Origin: Octopus vulgaris
Lineage: Eukaryota
Assembly (NCBI GenBank): GCA_951406725.2
Contig: OX597814.1
Span: 179,490,001-179,554,000 of the forward strand
Length of the DNA: 64,000 bases
Direction of reading: 5' to 3'
How positions within the stretch are numbered: the stretch's first letter is position 1; each line of letters opens with the position of its first letter. The position numbers were made by a program, and so were the translations under genes. Below are positions 27,344-40,186 of this stretch, in pieces. The notes beneath the pieces are model-generated. The model did not search any database. It was not told where the DNA came from and was given only the letters and a program-made list of their open reading frames with translations.

Positions 27344-27660
27344 ATAGATCCATTTATTAATTAATTACAATTATATGAATAAATAAATAAATAAATAAAT
27401 AAGAATAAATTAATGAATATAACCCTACTCTTATAGCTGATTCTAGTTTGGGAGTCCAGATTGCCAAAGATGACACATCATACCAAAATTATACCAAGAT
27501 TATACAATCTTTGTATAATCTTTGTATGATGTGTTAATTTCAGCATGCTGGAGCTCCAAAGTAGAAACACCTGTAAGAGTAGAGTTATAATCACTAATTT
27601 ATTCTTATTTATTTATTTATTTATTCATATGATTGTAATTAATTAATAAATGGATCTAGC
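27344..27660. repeat. diverged ~155-bp-arm inverted repeat
   Basis: tagatccatttattaattaattacaat(taaa)n...tactcttatag pairs with ctgtaagagta...(ttta)n attgtaattaattaataaatggatcta. Confidence 0.85.
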
Positions 27661-27701
27661 TGATGTTTGTCGATTACTTATCTTCTCCATTTGTGTCCTT
27701 G

Positions 27702-27754
<53 letters not shown>

Positions 27755-27830
27755 TGTATGTGTGTGTGTGTATGCATTATGTATATATATATATATATAC
27801 TTTGTTAATAAAATTGCAAAGGCATCACAA

Positions 27831-27874
27831 AAACTGTTATTCAGAGTTTCACGTTCCCGTTCGTCGGACAGTTT
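27831..27874 (-). ncRNA. minimal hammerhead ribozyme, probably mutated
   Basis: Minus strand aaactgt CCGACGA acg-ggaa-cgt GAAAC tctgaa TA acagttt. Stems I and II perfect; U4C core variant; stem III imperfect. Confidence 0.55.
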
Positions 27875-29284
27875 GGAAACCCCCTCTCACAATACATAAA
27901 AAAGAATTGGAAACGATTCCTGGACGATATTTTTATACTCTGGAATGAAAACACAGATAAACTCCTAAAATTCAAAAAGCTATTGAACAGCATCAACCCA
28001 AATATACAGTTCACAATGGAATACAACCAAAAGGAGCTCCCATTCTTAGATATACTAATTAAAAAAATTAACCTTGAAATAGAAACAGACATTCTTTACA
28101 AAGCCACAGACGCCAAACAATACCTACTTTTTTATTCATGCCACCCAAGACACACTAAAACAAACATCACTTTTAACCTTGCAAGAAGGATATGCACAAT
28201 AGTGTCAGAACAAAATACCAGGAACTTTAGACTACAAGAACTTAAAAACACCCTAATTGACAGACACTACCCAGCTCAACTCATAGAGGATGGGATCAGA
28301 CGTGCAACAGAAATCGACATAGAAACTTTGAGAAAAGTTCAACACAACAACACACCTTCCCCGAAAATACTGCCTTACATATCCACATACAACCCCAGAA
28401 ACAAAGAAGCCTTCACCATCATCACCCATAATTTACCAATACTTCATAAGGACCCCAAATTAAAGGAAATTCTAAACATACATAAAATCATTAAAAGCTA
28501 CAAACAACCTAAATCACTTTAAAAGATTCTCACAAAGACAAAATTGCTTTCTGAAATTACGGATGCAAAAGTAAAAAATGTGGTAGACCAAACTGTACAA
28601 CATGCCCAAACCGTCTAGAAGGATCAGAATTCCTCTTCAAAGAGGGACAAAAATTCAAGATCAAATCTAATTTTACTTGTGCCACTGAAAACATAATTTA
28701 TGTCATAAGATGCTCGGGCTGCACCAAAACTACGTGGGGTCCACGGGACTATCACTCAGACGTAGATGCACACTAAATCGACAATAGATTGCATTCCCAG
28801 AATACAGAATGATACCCTTTAGTGGGCATATTGAGAAATGCGCAAAGCAACTACTACCACAATTTTTAATCTTTCCATTTTATCAATGTGCTATTGGAAC
28901 ACCAACACAAATTAGACTAAACAAGGAAACATTCTTCATTGAAAAATATAAGCCCAAACTTAACCACTCCAACATTCTTATACAGAGAAACTCACCCCAC
29001 TATAAAAAAAGGCAAGAAATATTAAGCTATTATCTCCCTTACACCGGAAGAAATCACTTATTACCTCCCCTTACCTGGAACTCTGCTTTACACTTCTTAA
29101 CGAACGAAATCATAACAATGTTTTGAGAAATTTGAAAAGTTAAACACGAAACCGGTAATTTCTTCAGAAACTATGTCACTGTATGAAAAAAATTTATAAC
29201 ATTCTTCTGACATAATGACTCAAATATATATTTTTTAACCTCTTAAATCAAGCCTTCTGTAGTTTTTTCACTTTTACTATTTAC

Positions 29285-29290
<6 letters not shown>
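27875..29290 (+). mobile_element. 5'-truncated Penelope-like element (RT plus C-terminal GIY-YIG, Neptune-like)
   Basis: WKRFLDDIF, NSINPNIQFTME...LPFLD, YLLFYSCHP thumb, CGRPNCTTCP linker, NIIYVIRCSGC...YVG GIY-YIG motif. Several frameshifts. Confidence 0.92.
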
Positions 29291-29340
<50 letters not shown>

Positions 29341-29493
29341 ACATATATATACGATATATATATATCGTATATATATATATATACATATATATAGACACGT
29401 ATAGATATATGTATACATATAGAAATACGTATAAAGATATTATATATACATATGTGTATGCGCGTGCATGTGTGTGTACGCACGCGTCTGTAG

Positions 29494-29536
<43 letters not shown>

Positions 29537-30329
29537 CATTATTGGAAAATCTATATGAAATTAGCTGAAGATTACTTGACATATATTTGCTGTAATATTT
29601 GCAGCTTTAATAAATTGTTATAGTATGAAACAGTTGTACTAAATTACCGGATCCATTCTTGTTGCTTATTTTTTGGTTATAATCACCCCACATATTTTTA
29701 TGGGTAATACCATAAAAAATTCTGGTGCATCTAAATTAAGTACCATATTCATTTGAATCTAAATTGTTTTGCTAAACTGATATGTATATATATATAGCTG
29801 TGTATGAAATATGTATGTAAAAAATAATATTGATTAAGAAGTCCTAATTGGCAATATTGCAGTATTACACCTATCAATTCTTCCTCTTTTATTCGACATA
29901 ATCATGTATAATATGTGAATATAAAGAGTTGTGAATTTGTAGTTATAAAATTAATACATTAGAAATACTCAGATGAACATCCATGTTTATACAGAGAACA
30001 GATAAGTGTAGACTATAAAAGTTTATGTGATATATAATTTCAAAACACGTACGATGATTCGACAGATATTAAATGTACAAATCGCAAGCACAATGATTAA
30101 CTGAAGAAATATATTTACTCTTATGTTCCAGATGAAAATAACTCCAAGGTAAAAAGGAAAAAAGCACAAATTACACAAGCAGAAATGAAATGCAAATACG
30201 TATAAGGAAAAATATTGAACTATTTATTCTTGAACATAGACAGAAGAGAGAAAAAAATTAACGTGTTTTTCGAAGCGTAAACTTTCCACTTGGACTGAAA
30301 CTTTTCAGAGCAATATTTCATACTTAACT

Positions 30330-33300
30330 GTAATGGAAATATTAACTGAAATTAACTTGTTCGTATAATGCAGGAAGATTTTTATTAACGTCATAAATTG
30401 AATTCTAAAGATACTAGTATATGGAGCGACACAAGTTATACGCTTCAAACAATTGGCCTTGCAGATACTTATGTAAATGGAAACAATTTGAAAAATTGGT
30501 GCAAAGGATAGAATTTTCAAAGCAACAAACTTTAATTGAAAAGAAAATTATTTATCAATGTCTCAAAACTAATCTTGAGAATTCAGCAAGACCCGGTTTA
30601 TTGATGAAGCTTTAGTCGTTGTTATCGAAGAAATAACAATGTATTTCATTGTTAGGGAACAAGTCACATATAACTGAATTAAGTATTTTTCAATAGTATC
30701 CAAACTTGCTACTCGTTTCATATTGTTTATATGCTGTATCGGCTGCAGATGCTGCTGGATATTCTTGCCTAGAAAGGCTATTTGCAGTTAAACATTTCTT
30801 TTCCTTTAACCAAATAATGATCTCTAACCAATGGAAAATTTGTTAAATCTCGATTGAATATTAGAGTATAACCTTTATGACCTCTCTAGTATATACTATT
30901 TGCTAACACCAATTCATACAACTGATATGAATGTTTCCTCGACTTGAAAGTTTATCTGATAACTATAGTCACAAAAGAACTTAAATCTAACATATAATAC
31001 ATACTTATATTTCTGGTCGTTTGGAAAATACATCTTCCATATAAAAATTCAGAGATAATACAAAAACATTGAAAGAACCATTCACTCAATGTTGTGAGTT
31101 CATGCCCCTTCCTCGAATCTATTTTCTATCTATTTAGTTACTAATGAAAAAAGTACAGGTGAAAAATCATTTCACAAAAATTGTTCTTCCTGGGAAAAAT
31201 TAATAAATTATGAATAATTCGATTTTGCGCACATAAATAAATTAGTCACCAGGCTTTACATCCATTCCCCCAGCACTTGTGGCGGAGGATACTTATAATT
31301 AATTACTTTACAGTGCTGTCACAGAAACATAATGAATAAACCAGAGACAATACTTTGTTGAAACTAATATAATTGCCAGATCATATGTAAAAATATTTTA
31401 AGCACCTGATCCTGTTAATTTCACTTTTCATTTTGTAGCACTCTATTGTGAAAGTCTGTAATCTTTGGAAACCAGGATAAATTACATTCATTAGATATGT
31501 ATACAGTATAATTTCTATATGTTTGCTAAGCATTTAGTCTGTCTGGGAATGTAGAATATTTGATCAATACATAGGGCGTGCGTTAGCTTGGAATCAAGAA
31601 GTAATCTATAAGTTTAGTCTTAAACCAATGATAGCTTAAGTCTGTTTCCCAAGATGAAAACAGTACTCGGGGTTTAGGTGGTATAGAAATGTAAAAGTGA
31701 CCATGACTATCATTAAGTAAATACAAAGTGTTTTATGCAGTGACATTAATAACTTGAAACAAATAAATAATGGGTTATAGGTAAATAAATATACGAAATC
31801 ATAATCATGTTTAATAAAGATCTGTTTAGTTTCGATGGGAAAGTAGATCCCGTGAGGAAATGATAGGACATTCAGTGACTTTGGTTTAGGCTCTGACTAA
31901 ATTGCTTTTCACTTCAACAGTTTATCATTGTCTACATTGGTATGGCATATATTGTTATTCTGCATATGTCTGCTAAAATCGGGAACAAATCCTAGTAATA
32001 GTAATTTATAACCTGGAGTGTACCTCTAAATTGACAAACTAATTAAGCAGAAGATGGGTTATTGTTAATCATGCTCTTCATATCTACACATATCTTCAAT
32101 GTCCGTCATTTATGGCTGATAAAACAACTTTACACTATGTATTTAGCCATTATCAAAACTGCGCCATTGGATATAGACTTATCTCAAAATGAAATATAAA
32201 TGTTTGGAGTTGATAATAATCACGTACAAATATGTTCACGTCGGTGAACAATCGACTCTGAACATTGGCCAGGAGAGAAAAATTCTATATAAATCTCATT
32301 AGAAACCATTTAAAACTTTCAATGGTAATTTAAACATTTACATCTTTTTGTATTTGAAGAATTGTTATGTCTTGTTGAGTAAATAAGGTGAGATCATCGG
32401 TTAGCTTTACATGCTAATTCATGCATACATAATGAATTCAGTTCGCAGTATATGAAACTCATGAACCATTTATCGATTGATTTGCTAAGTCTTCTGTCAC
32501 AAAACTATTATGCTACGAGATTTGGACTTTAAATGTAACAGTCATAGAGATATCAATAATAAAAACATGAGTGAATATACTAGTACCGACAATAAATGAT
32601 CTCTATGAACTTGAGTAGATACCAATGTGATTAGTTGTAGGCAGATGATTAGAACATCTCATGTTTGAAGAAAGTCAAAGCGATCTCCAAAGCACTATCG
32701 TAATAAAGTTTACATAGGTCATTGGTTATAGAAATTATAACTACAAAGCATTTTGAATTGTGAAGAAAATAGAGGTGAACGTTTAGTAAAGTTGATAGCA
32801 AGTAAATTTAAATGTATTATAAGACATGAATGTTATTATTTGTTTTGAGCTGAAGGAAGAGAATGCAAGTTATAAAGAGAAACGGTTATAGTCGATTGGA
32901 TCAAAACCTTTCTGGTATTGTAGATTCCAGGTCTTGATCCTAGTAGGTCTGACAACGCCGGTACTCGTTGCAGTGAATACCAGTAGTGAAATTTTGCGCA
33001 AATGCATATATATGTGAGGAGGTGCGTGTTGAACGTGCAAGCGTATGTTATGTGCGTGTGTACTGAACCGTAACATAGTTTATTTAACGTCCGTTCATAT
33101 ACAGTTTCATCAATATGGATTTTAGAAATGGTAGGCGGGAGAATGTTTAATGACCAGAAAGATGAAATATAGCAACCTCAACATTGACCTTATCGAGGTG
33201 ATGGTTTCGAGCCATAAATTCTTCACTATGTCCTCCGAAACATTAATGTACAGTTATAATATTCTTACCCTCTACTAAATATTTTTGTGCAGTTGTTTTC

Positions 33301-33650
33301 AATATAAGCATAAGAACATTCACTTTTTCCTCCTGTAAAGAGAAATTCGACGGAGCAGTATCATATCATAATAAAGCCTTAAGCAAAATTAGCTTCAGCA
33401 ATAGCTATAAATACACGTTTTACCTATTTACCTCCCGAAAATATAAAATTTCTACGAAATTGTCTCTTTTTTCAGGAACAAAACAGGCGGATTCAAATTA
33501 TCATCCGCAATTACTGAGGGGAAAAGCTTTTGATAAGCTTATACTAATCCTACCACATATTTTAGAGAAAATATAAGAAACACGTTTATAGATTTATTAA
33601 AATACACCTAACGGCTGAAAGACAGCAACACTGACTACTCTATTAAATAG
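30330..33650 (+). pseudogene. decayed long intronless ORF of unknown family (copy B)
   Basis: About 3.3 kb free of microsatellites and SINEs, with protein-like frames broken by stops. Colinear peptide matches to 2150-3800 (minus). Ends approximate. Confidence 0.5.
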
Positions 33651-33918
33651 AGAATTAAAGAGAAAAGTGGGCATACATCAATGGTACAGAATGATGTTCT
33701 ATATTCACTGTGGTAAAGGTTACTCAATAGCATTCTACAAATTTAGATTGTTTCAAAATATACATTTTTTCAAATTTCTCTTAAATTCTTGTATTACACA
33801 AATACCTCTTATGGTGAAACAATTTTCCTGCACGTTTTATTCGTTATTTCTAACCAGAAACTATATTTACTTTATTCTAATATTCAAATGTAATTATTAA
33901 TACATACATATATATCCT

Positions 33919-34195
33919 GGGGGCGCAATGGCCCAGTGGCCCAGTGGTTAGGTCAGCGGACTCGCGGTCGGAGGATCGCGGTTTCGATTCTCAGACCGGA
34001 CGTTGTGTGTGTTTATTGAGCGAAAACACCTGAAAGCCCCACGATGCTCCGGCAGGGGGTGGTGGCAACCCCTGTTGTACTCTTTCGCCACAACTTTCTC
34101 TCACTCTCTCTTCCTCAACTGGGGGGAACACATACGTCACAGAAACCGGGAAACCGGGCCCATGAGCCTGGCTAGGCTTGAGAAGGGTGAAAAAA
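33919..34195 (+). mobile_element. tRNA-derived SINE
   Basis: A box tggcccagtgg (locally duplicated) and B box ggtttcgattc. Body ccctgttgtactctttcgc matches the reverse complement of the window end. Confidence 0.85.
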
Positions 34196-34810
34196 CATAT
34201 ATACTACACACAGACACACGCACTCATTCACACAGACACACACATGATTCACTATTTTCAAAAAAGTATAAATAGTAAGAAGTGTCCTGTTTCAACGTGG
34301 AATATTTACACGAAAAGACAAACATATGATTTATGCATACTCCTACAATAATGTTATTGAGTGCCTTTGCATTTTCTTTTCTTATGCATTGATAAACATT
34401 AGACTAGAAGTGTATCATTATTGTAAGTGTGTTTGGACTTAGGGTTGCAGGATCGCGAATTCCATTGCTGGATTTGTTAGCGCGTTATCATCATGAGTAA
34501 GGAACATTGTTTCCCATCTTTCAGCAGAAAATACTTCACCAACAACTAATAAAGTGGATCTACTTTACTCGCTGTTCTGCTTGATTAAAAACAGAAGGTG
34601 GGTAAAAGTAGCAGACAGTATTCCCCTTCGAGTAACTGGAAGGCGAATACGATCTGCTAGTTTGTAGCCACCTCCTGTTAAGCATAAATTTGTTCACATT
34701 TGTGTTGTTGATAACATGTATGTATATATATATATATACATACATACACACACACACACATATATATATATCCATAAATACACACACACACATATATATA
34801 TACCTTTAGA

Positions 34811-34862
<52 letters not shown>

Positions 34863-34867
<5 letters not shown>

Positions 34868-35057
34868 GAATTTACAAAAATAACAAAAGAGGGCGTGGAA
34901 ACAACAAACATGTATTGGTTTAACGCTCGGGAAGTGAGAATGTCTCTTACGTTTCGAGTCTACGCTCTTCGACATAAAGACAGAAATAAACAGAGAGAGA
35001 ATATAAAAAAGGTTTAGTGGCTAGCGATCTATCATGGCGAATGCCGGACAGGCAGGT

Positions 35058-35060
<3 letters not shown>
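34863..35060 (-). mobile_element. second copy of the variant-hammerhead element, embedded in (TA)n
   Basis: Minus strand tcttt ATGTCGA a gagc-gtag-actc GAAAC GTA agaga at 34944-34980; body homologous to 8940-9155. Confidence 0.6.
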
Positions 35061-35101
<41 letters not shown>

Positions 35102-35338
35102 TATACACACTCATATGTATGTATTATGTCATATATTATATATAATATGTATTACATATTATATATATAAACATACCACTAAAGTATTTTTCATGTCAGG
35201 AATTCCTTTCTCTTTCAAAATTGCCTAATAATTTATTAGATAAGTGCATGCATCATTTCCTTTTTCTTTCCCTCGCTTTTTTATATTTGCACTCATTCTG
35301 GTTCTTTCACTACGCACATACACGCGTGTAAACACACG

Positions 35339-35437
<99 letters not shown>

Positions 35438-35548
35438 GATGCGTGAGAAAAATAGCTTATGAATTTCCCAGAGGTAGACTGAAAAATATAAATATAATAC
35501 AGACATTTATATGTTTGCATGCATACCTATGTATGTAAGTATACACTA

Positions 35549-35630
<82 letters not shown>

Positions 35631-36984
35631 GTGTATGTGTGTAAGGTTTGTAAAAATGTTTCTACACAGAAAATGATAAAGACAGAGAGAGAGGAAGAGG
35701 CGGAGACCGTGAGGGGGCGAAAATTATTATAAATTTCTTTCTGTTCTGCTTAAGATTATTCTCAATATAATCTATATATAAGAATATCAATAGAATAAAT
35801 GTTGTGTATTTGTGAGAAACTGGGAAGGAACATACATTCCTCTCCATGGATACGCTTTCAATGAGTGCATTTATACAAATACATTTATGCCAATAAGGAA
35901 ATTATTTTTCATGACAAATTGTATTTACATTTTAATTTTTATAAGACATTAAAATCTATTTTAATTTCGACTCATATTAAGATTTATATAATTACAAAAC
36001 GGTAAAAGCATATCGAGGCATTCCGTTATCATCAACATCGTTATCACTACTACTATTTTCAATGTATTCCTTATCGTATAATCCTCGTCGTCACCGCAAC
36101 CATTCATTAATTCATTCCAAATACTATCATCATCATCATCCTCATCATCATCATCATCATCATCATCATCAGTAGCAGCAGCAGCAGCAGCATCGTCATC
36201 TCTGTTTGCTTCCATCTTGGAAGTCGTGTACAATAACTATTTTAAAAAATGAAATAAAGCAAAACAATGCATATTGTTTGTAAATGTTTTTAAATAATAA
36301 TGGAATATATTGGCCATGAGATGGTTTAAAAGCTTTAGAAAACTTGGTTGTGTTTGTTTTTTCATGCTGTAGCTATTGAAGCGCTATTGTATATGTAAGA
36401 CTCAATTTTATCACGCTAAATATTAATGCAGGAACAAAATTGCTTTCTTATCAAAATGTTTCCAAAGAATATTAAACTATTGACGATTAATTTCGTAAAG
36501 AAAAGCTGAGATAAAATAAGTGAAGCTAACTAAAATAGAAAATGCAGCTTTCGGTGCAAAATTATACATATGTATACATACACACACACGCACACCCACA
36601 CACACATATATATATGTGTGTGTGTGTGTGTGTGTAATATATACATATATTAGCGTGTGTGTTTGCATGTATGTGTGTATGTGTATGTGTGTATGTATTC
36701 CGCCAAAGTCAACATTGCCGTTAATCTCATAAATAGAGTAACGGTAATGCATTGACTGCTATTGATTCCTCTTATTTTCCTTGTTTTGTGCTGGTCCGTT
36801 TGGACACAACCTCATCCATAGTAAAAATCACTGTCACTGGCTCTGCCATTGATAGAACTCGATAATACTGCAAAACTACTGCAGGAGTTTAATGCAATCT
36901 GGAAGAGGACTGAAGAAAACACTGTACAATTTGCCGTAATTTAGCGAAATTTCAAGTCTTTCACTATCAGATCATGAACATTCA

Positions 36985-37322
36985 GGCGGCGATCTGGCAG
37001 AATCGTTAGCACGCCGGGCGAAATGCTTAGCGCTGTTGCGTCTGTCTTTACGTTCTGAGTCCAAATTCCGCCGAGGTTGACTTTGCCTTTCATCCTTTCG
37101 GGGTCGATAAATTATGTACCAGTTACGCATTGGGGTCGATGTAATTGACTTAATCCCTTTGTCTGTCCTTGTTTGTCCCCTCTATGTTTAGCCCCTTGTG
37201 GGCAATAAAGAAAGAAGAAACGTTACCACGCCGGGTGAAATGCTTAGCGGTATTGCGTCTGTCTTTACGTTCTAAGTTCAAATTCTGCCAAGGTTGACTT
37301 TGCCTTTCATCCTTTCAGGGTC
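36985..37322 (+). mobile_element. tandem dimer of a tRNA-derived SINE
   Basis: ggcggcgatctggcagaatcgttagcacgccgggcgaaatgcttagc...; the second unit restarts at about 37217. Confidence 0.9.
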
Positions 37323-37439
37323 TATTTTGGTCCAATGTTAGTCCAGTGATGACAATTCATATAGATTATTGTGCCACACGGCTAGACTTATATACTAATT
37401 GTCAGCTCAATCAGAGTAAAAAGTAATTGTCGATGATTG

Positions 37440-38022
37440 ATTTCAAATTTTGACCCAAGGAAAACAAATTCGGCTGAATGGGGTAGATCGATTATATCAA
37501 CCCTTCTGCACAACAGGTATTTGTTTTATCGACCCTGAAAGAATAAAAGGCAAAGTCGACCCTCGGCAGAATTTGAACTCAGAATATAATGACAGACGAA
37601 ATGCCGTTAAGTATAATGCCTGTCGTGGTAACTATTCCACTAGCTGACCTCCTTGACTCGACTCGGGAAATTTGAGGTTTAAAGTGACGTTAGTAAACAA
37701 GGTAATTTATTAACTATATTTATCTTCTGTCCACCAGTGGGTCATAATTTTTTCAAACTTTACGACGTAAAGTTTTACCGACACAGAAAGAATAAAAAGC
37801 GAAGTCAACCCTCGGAGGAATTTGAACTCAGAATGTAAAGACGGACGAAATGCCGCTAAGCATTTTGCTCCGTGTGGTAATTCTACTAGCTGGCCTCCTT
37901 GACACGACACAGATTTGAAATTTGAAGTTTAAAGTGACCGTAGTAAACAAAGTAATTCATTAACTATATTCATCTTCTGTTCACAATTGGATCTTAATTT
38001 TGAAACTTTAGGACGTAGAGTA
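37440..38022 (-). repeat. decayed SINE plus flank, tandemly duplicated (~245-bp unit)
   Basis: 37530-37772 and 37775-38022 share both the SINE part (aatttgaactcagaat) and the unique flank (tttaaagtgac...taactatatt...tcttctgt). Confidence 0.8.
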
Positions 38023-38655
38023 GTGGCAACACTACACTTCAAACGAATTAAGAACATAAGCTGGTTCGAATCCCGTTTTCACGTTGAAATCTATTTCGCT
38101 AGGAACGTTCTCCCGTTTCTTTTATAACAATGTATTCATCTGATGCATTCTATTTGGGATCAACAAAACAAATGTTGCTTTTGTTTAACTTCAGATCAAC
38201 TTTGAGTGAACTTCTGAATGCGCATTCTAAACGTGGACACCAGGTTTTGTTAGAGATACATAGGAATACATTATCGCATGATTCTTTCCTTATTTTTGCA
38301 AATCCTAGAGTGTGACTTCATGGGCCTTTGGCTTCTGTATTCTGTAATATTTCGTGACAATGCGTCAAGACTACAGCGCTCATGAAAAATTTCCAGTGTT
38401 ACCACAGATATTTAGCTTTAATCAGCTATTAATATTGTTAGTATAATTTATAGTGCAACGAAATGATTGTTAGTGGGTCGCTTAAATACGCGTGTCATTT
38501 GCTTATTTGCTTTTATACTATAGGCACTTCTGGATAACTACGTCCAATTGCTAAGCTCCCATACGAGTGGCTAATTTTGCTTATGTTTATGTACGGATTT
38601 CTCTATATGTATGTACGAGTTGATTCACATTCACTCGTACATACATTCGAAATAA

Positions 38656-38704
<49 letters not shown>

Positions 38705-39191
38705 ATATGATGTAGAATATCTGTGTGGTGGAGCTGCATGCGGATCTATAACCAATGTAATAATTAGAAACTGTATCTGGCAGGCAAGAATGACAGTTCA
38801 TAAATAGATTTCAACTTCAAAATATCAAATAATGATACACAATTTTGTATAGGTATCATTAAATTCAGTAGCAATATTATAAATTAAAAACGGATAAAAA
38901 TCTACTTCAATAATGAAGCCAAACTTTCATTAAAATCAGCTGCAATATTTTCAATAATGAAAGAAAAATAAACAAGAGTGAAGTTACATTATTGGGTCTG
39001 CAAAATTTCAATAGTTTGGAGAAAACAATTCCTTATTATAATTCATGAAGAGTTTATACTGAGAAAATTAATTTTCAATGCGTTTTAGAATTTAGCATTC
39101 ACTTCAAAGTGGAATTTCCAATCAAAGAACATAATAGGCACTTAATAAGAGACGACAACTATTTCAGAGGTAACACTGATTTATATGCATA

Positions 39192-39255
<64 letters not shown>

Positions 39256-39306
39256 GTAATAATAATAATAATAATGATAATAATAATAATAATGATAATA
39301 ATAATA

Positions 39307-39337
<31 letters not shown>

Positions 39338-39339
39338 TG

Positions 39340-39379
<40 letters not shown>
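39192..39379. repeat. (AAT)n microsatellite
   Basis: Directly visible. Confidence 0.98.
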
Positions 39380-39381
<2 letters not shown>

Positions 39382-39935
39382 GCCCTGATGCAGTACCAGG
39401 CAGTGGCTCTCATGGCTTCTGATCTTAACTGATTGGAAGTGTTATCATGTACATTGTTTTGTCTTGGTATAAAAGATGGGCTACAGCAAATATTCTGCTC
39501 AATACCACAGATTTGCTTGTCAGTTGTTTGACCTTAACCAGTTGAGCATGTCCCTTAGTGGCTGACGATATGTGCATCTCTGATCACGAGCAGAAGTAGT
39601 GGGGGAGCATCATAGCCATGTGTTGAGAAGGATTCTTTGGGGTTTGAATAATTCACCTCTGGAAACATGGGTGTTTCATTCAATGTCCTTAAATAACCCT
39701 TATTCAGGGACCTTTTGAGCGGGATGGGTTACTCGATCAGAAGAAAATTCTAACTGGGCTCCACCTGCAAGGTCATGTGCTGTTTATCTTGATATGAGAT
39801 CACCATGTCGCGCACATATGGTTGTGATGCATGTGCCTGGTGTACCCTTATCAGACGGGTAGTCATGATGGGTATACTGGGCTTCGTATATTTTACCCCA
39901 GTGTCACTTTGATGGCATGCTCTGCTCGCTCACTC

Positions 39936-39936
<1 letters not shown>
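39380..39936. mobile_element. ~557-bp non-coding element inserted in an (AAT)n array
   Basis: Sharply bounded, GC-richer segment with (AAT)n on both sides; no ORF. Confidence 0.6.
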
Positions 39937-39988
<52 letters not shown>

Positions 39989-39992
<4 letters not shown>

Positions 39993-40186
39993 CACCAGGA
40001 ACTTACAAACACATATAACATACAGAAAATTGCACTACTAGGCACTGCACACATCCTACGCAGAACACTTTCCATACAATAACCATCAGAGCATCACAAC
40101 AAATCACAGCACATACCCAAGGCACACAGAGCTGCGCTCGGTAGTGAAGTGAAAGCACGCTATAAAAATAAAAATAAAACTACTGA
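39989..40186 (+). mobile_element. 3' end of an R4/Dong-like LINE in (AAT)n
   Basis: NIQKIALLGTAHILRRTLSIQ* C-terminus, then 3' UTR and (AAT)n. Same motif as LQKVYLLGTARINRK near 45250-45300. Confidence 0.85.

Noticed and set aside
32540-32570. HRDINNKN resembling a kinase catalytic loop
   Set aside because: No DFG, APE or glycine-rich loop nearby in frame.
33919-34000. tRNA gene (also considered at 26075-26150 and 45412-45485)
   Set aside because: A and B boxes are present but there is no closed acceptor stem. Each runs into a repeated SINE body.
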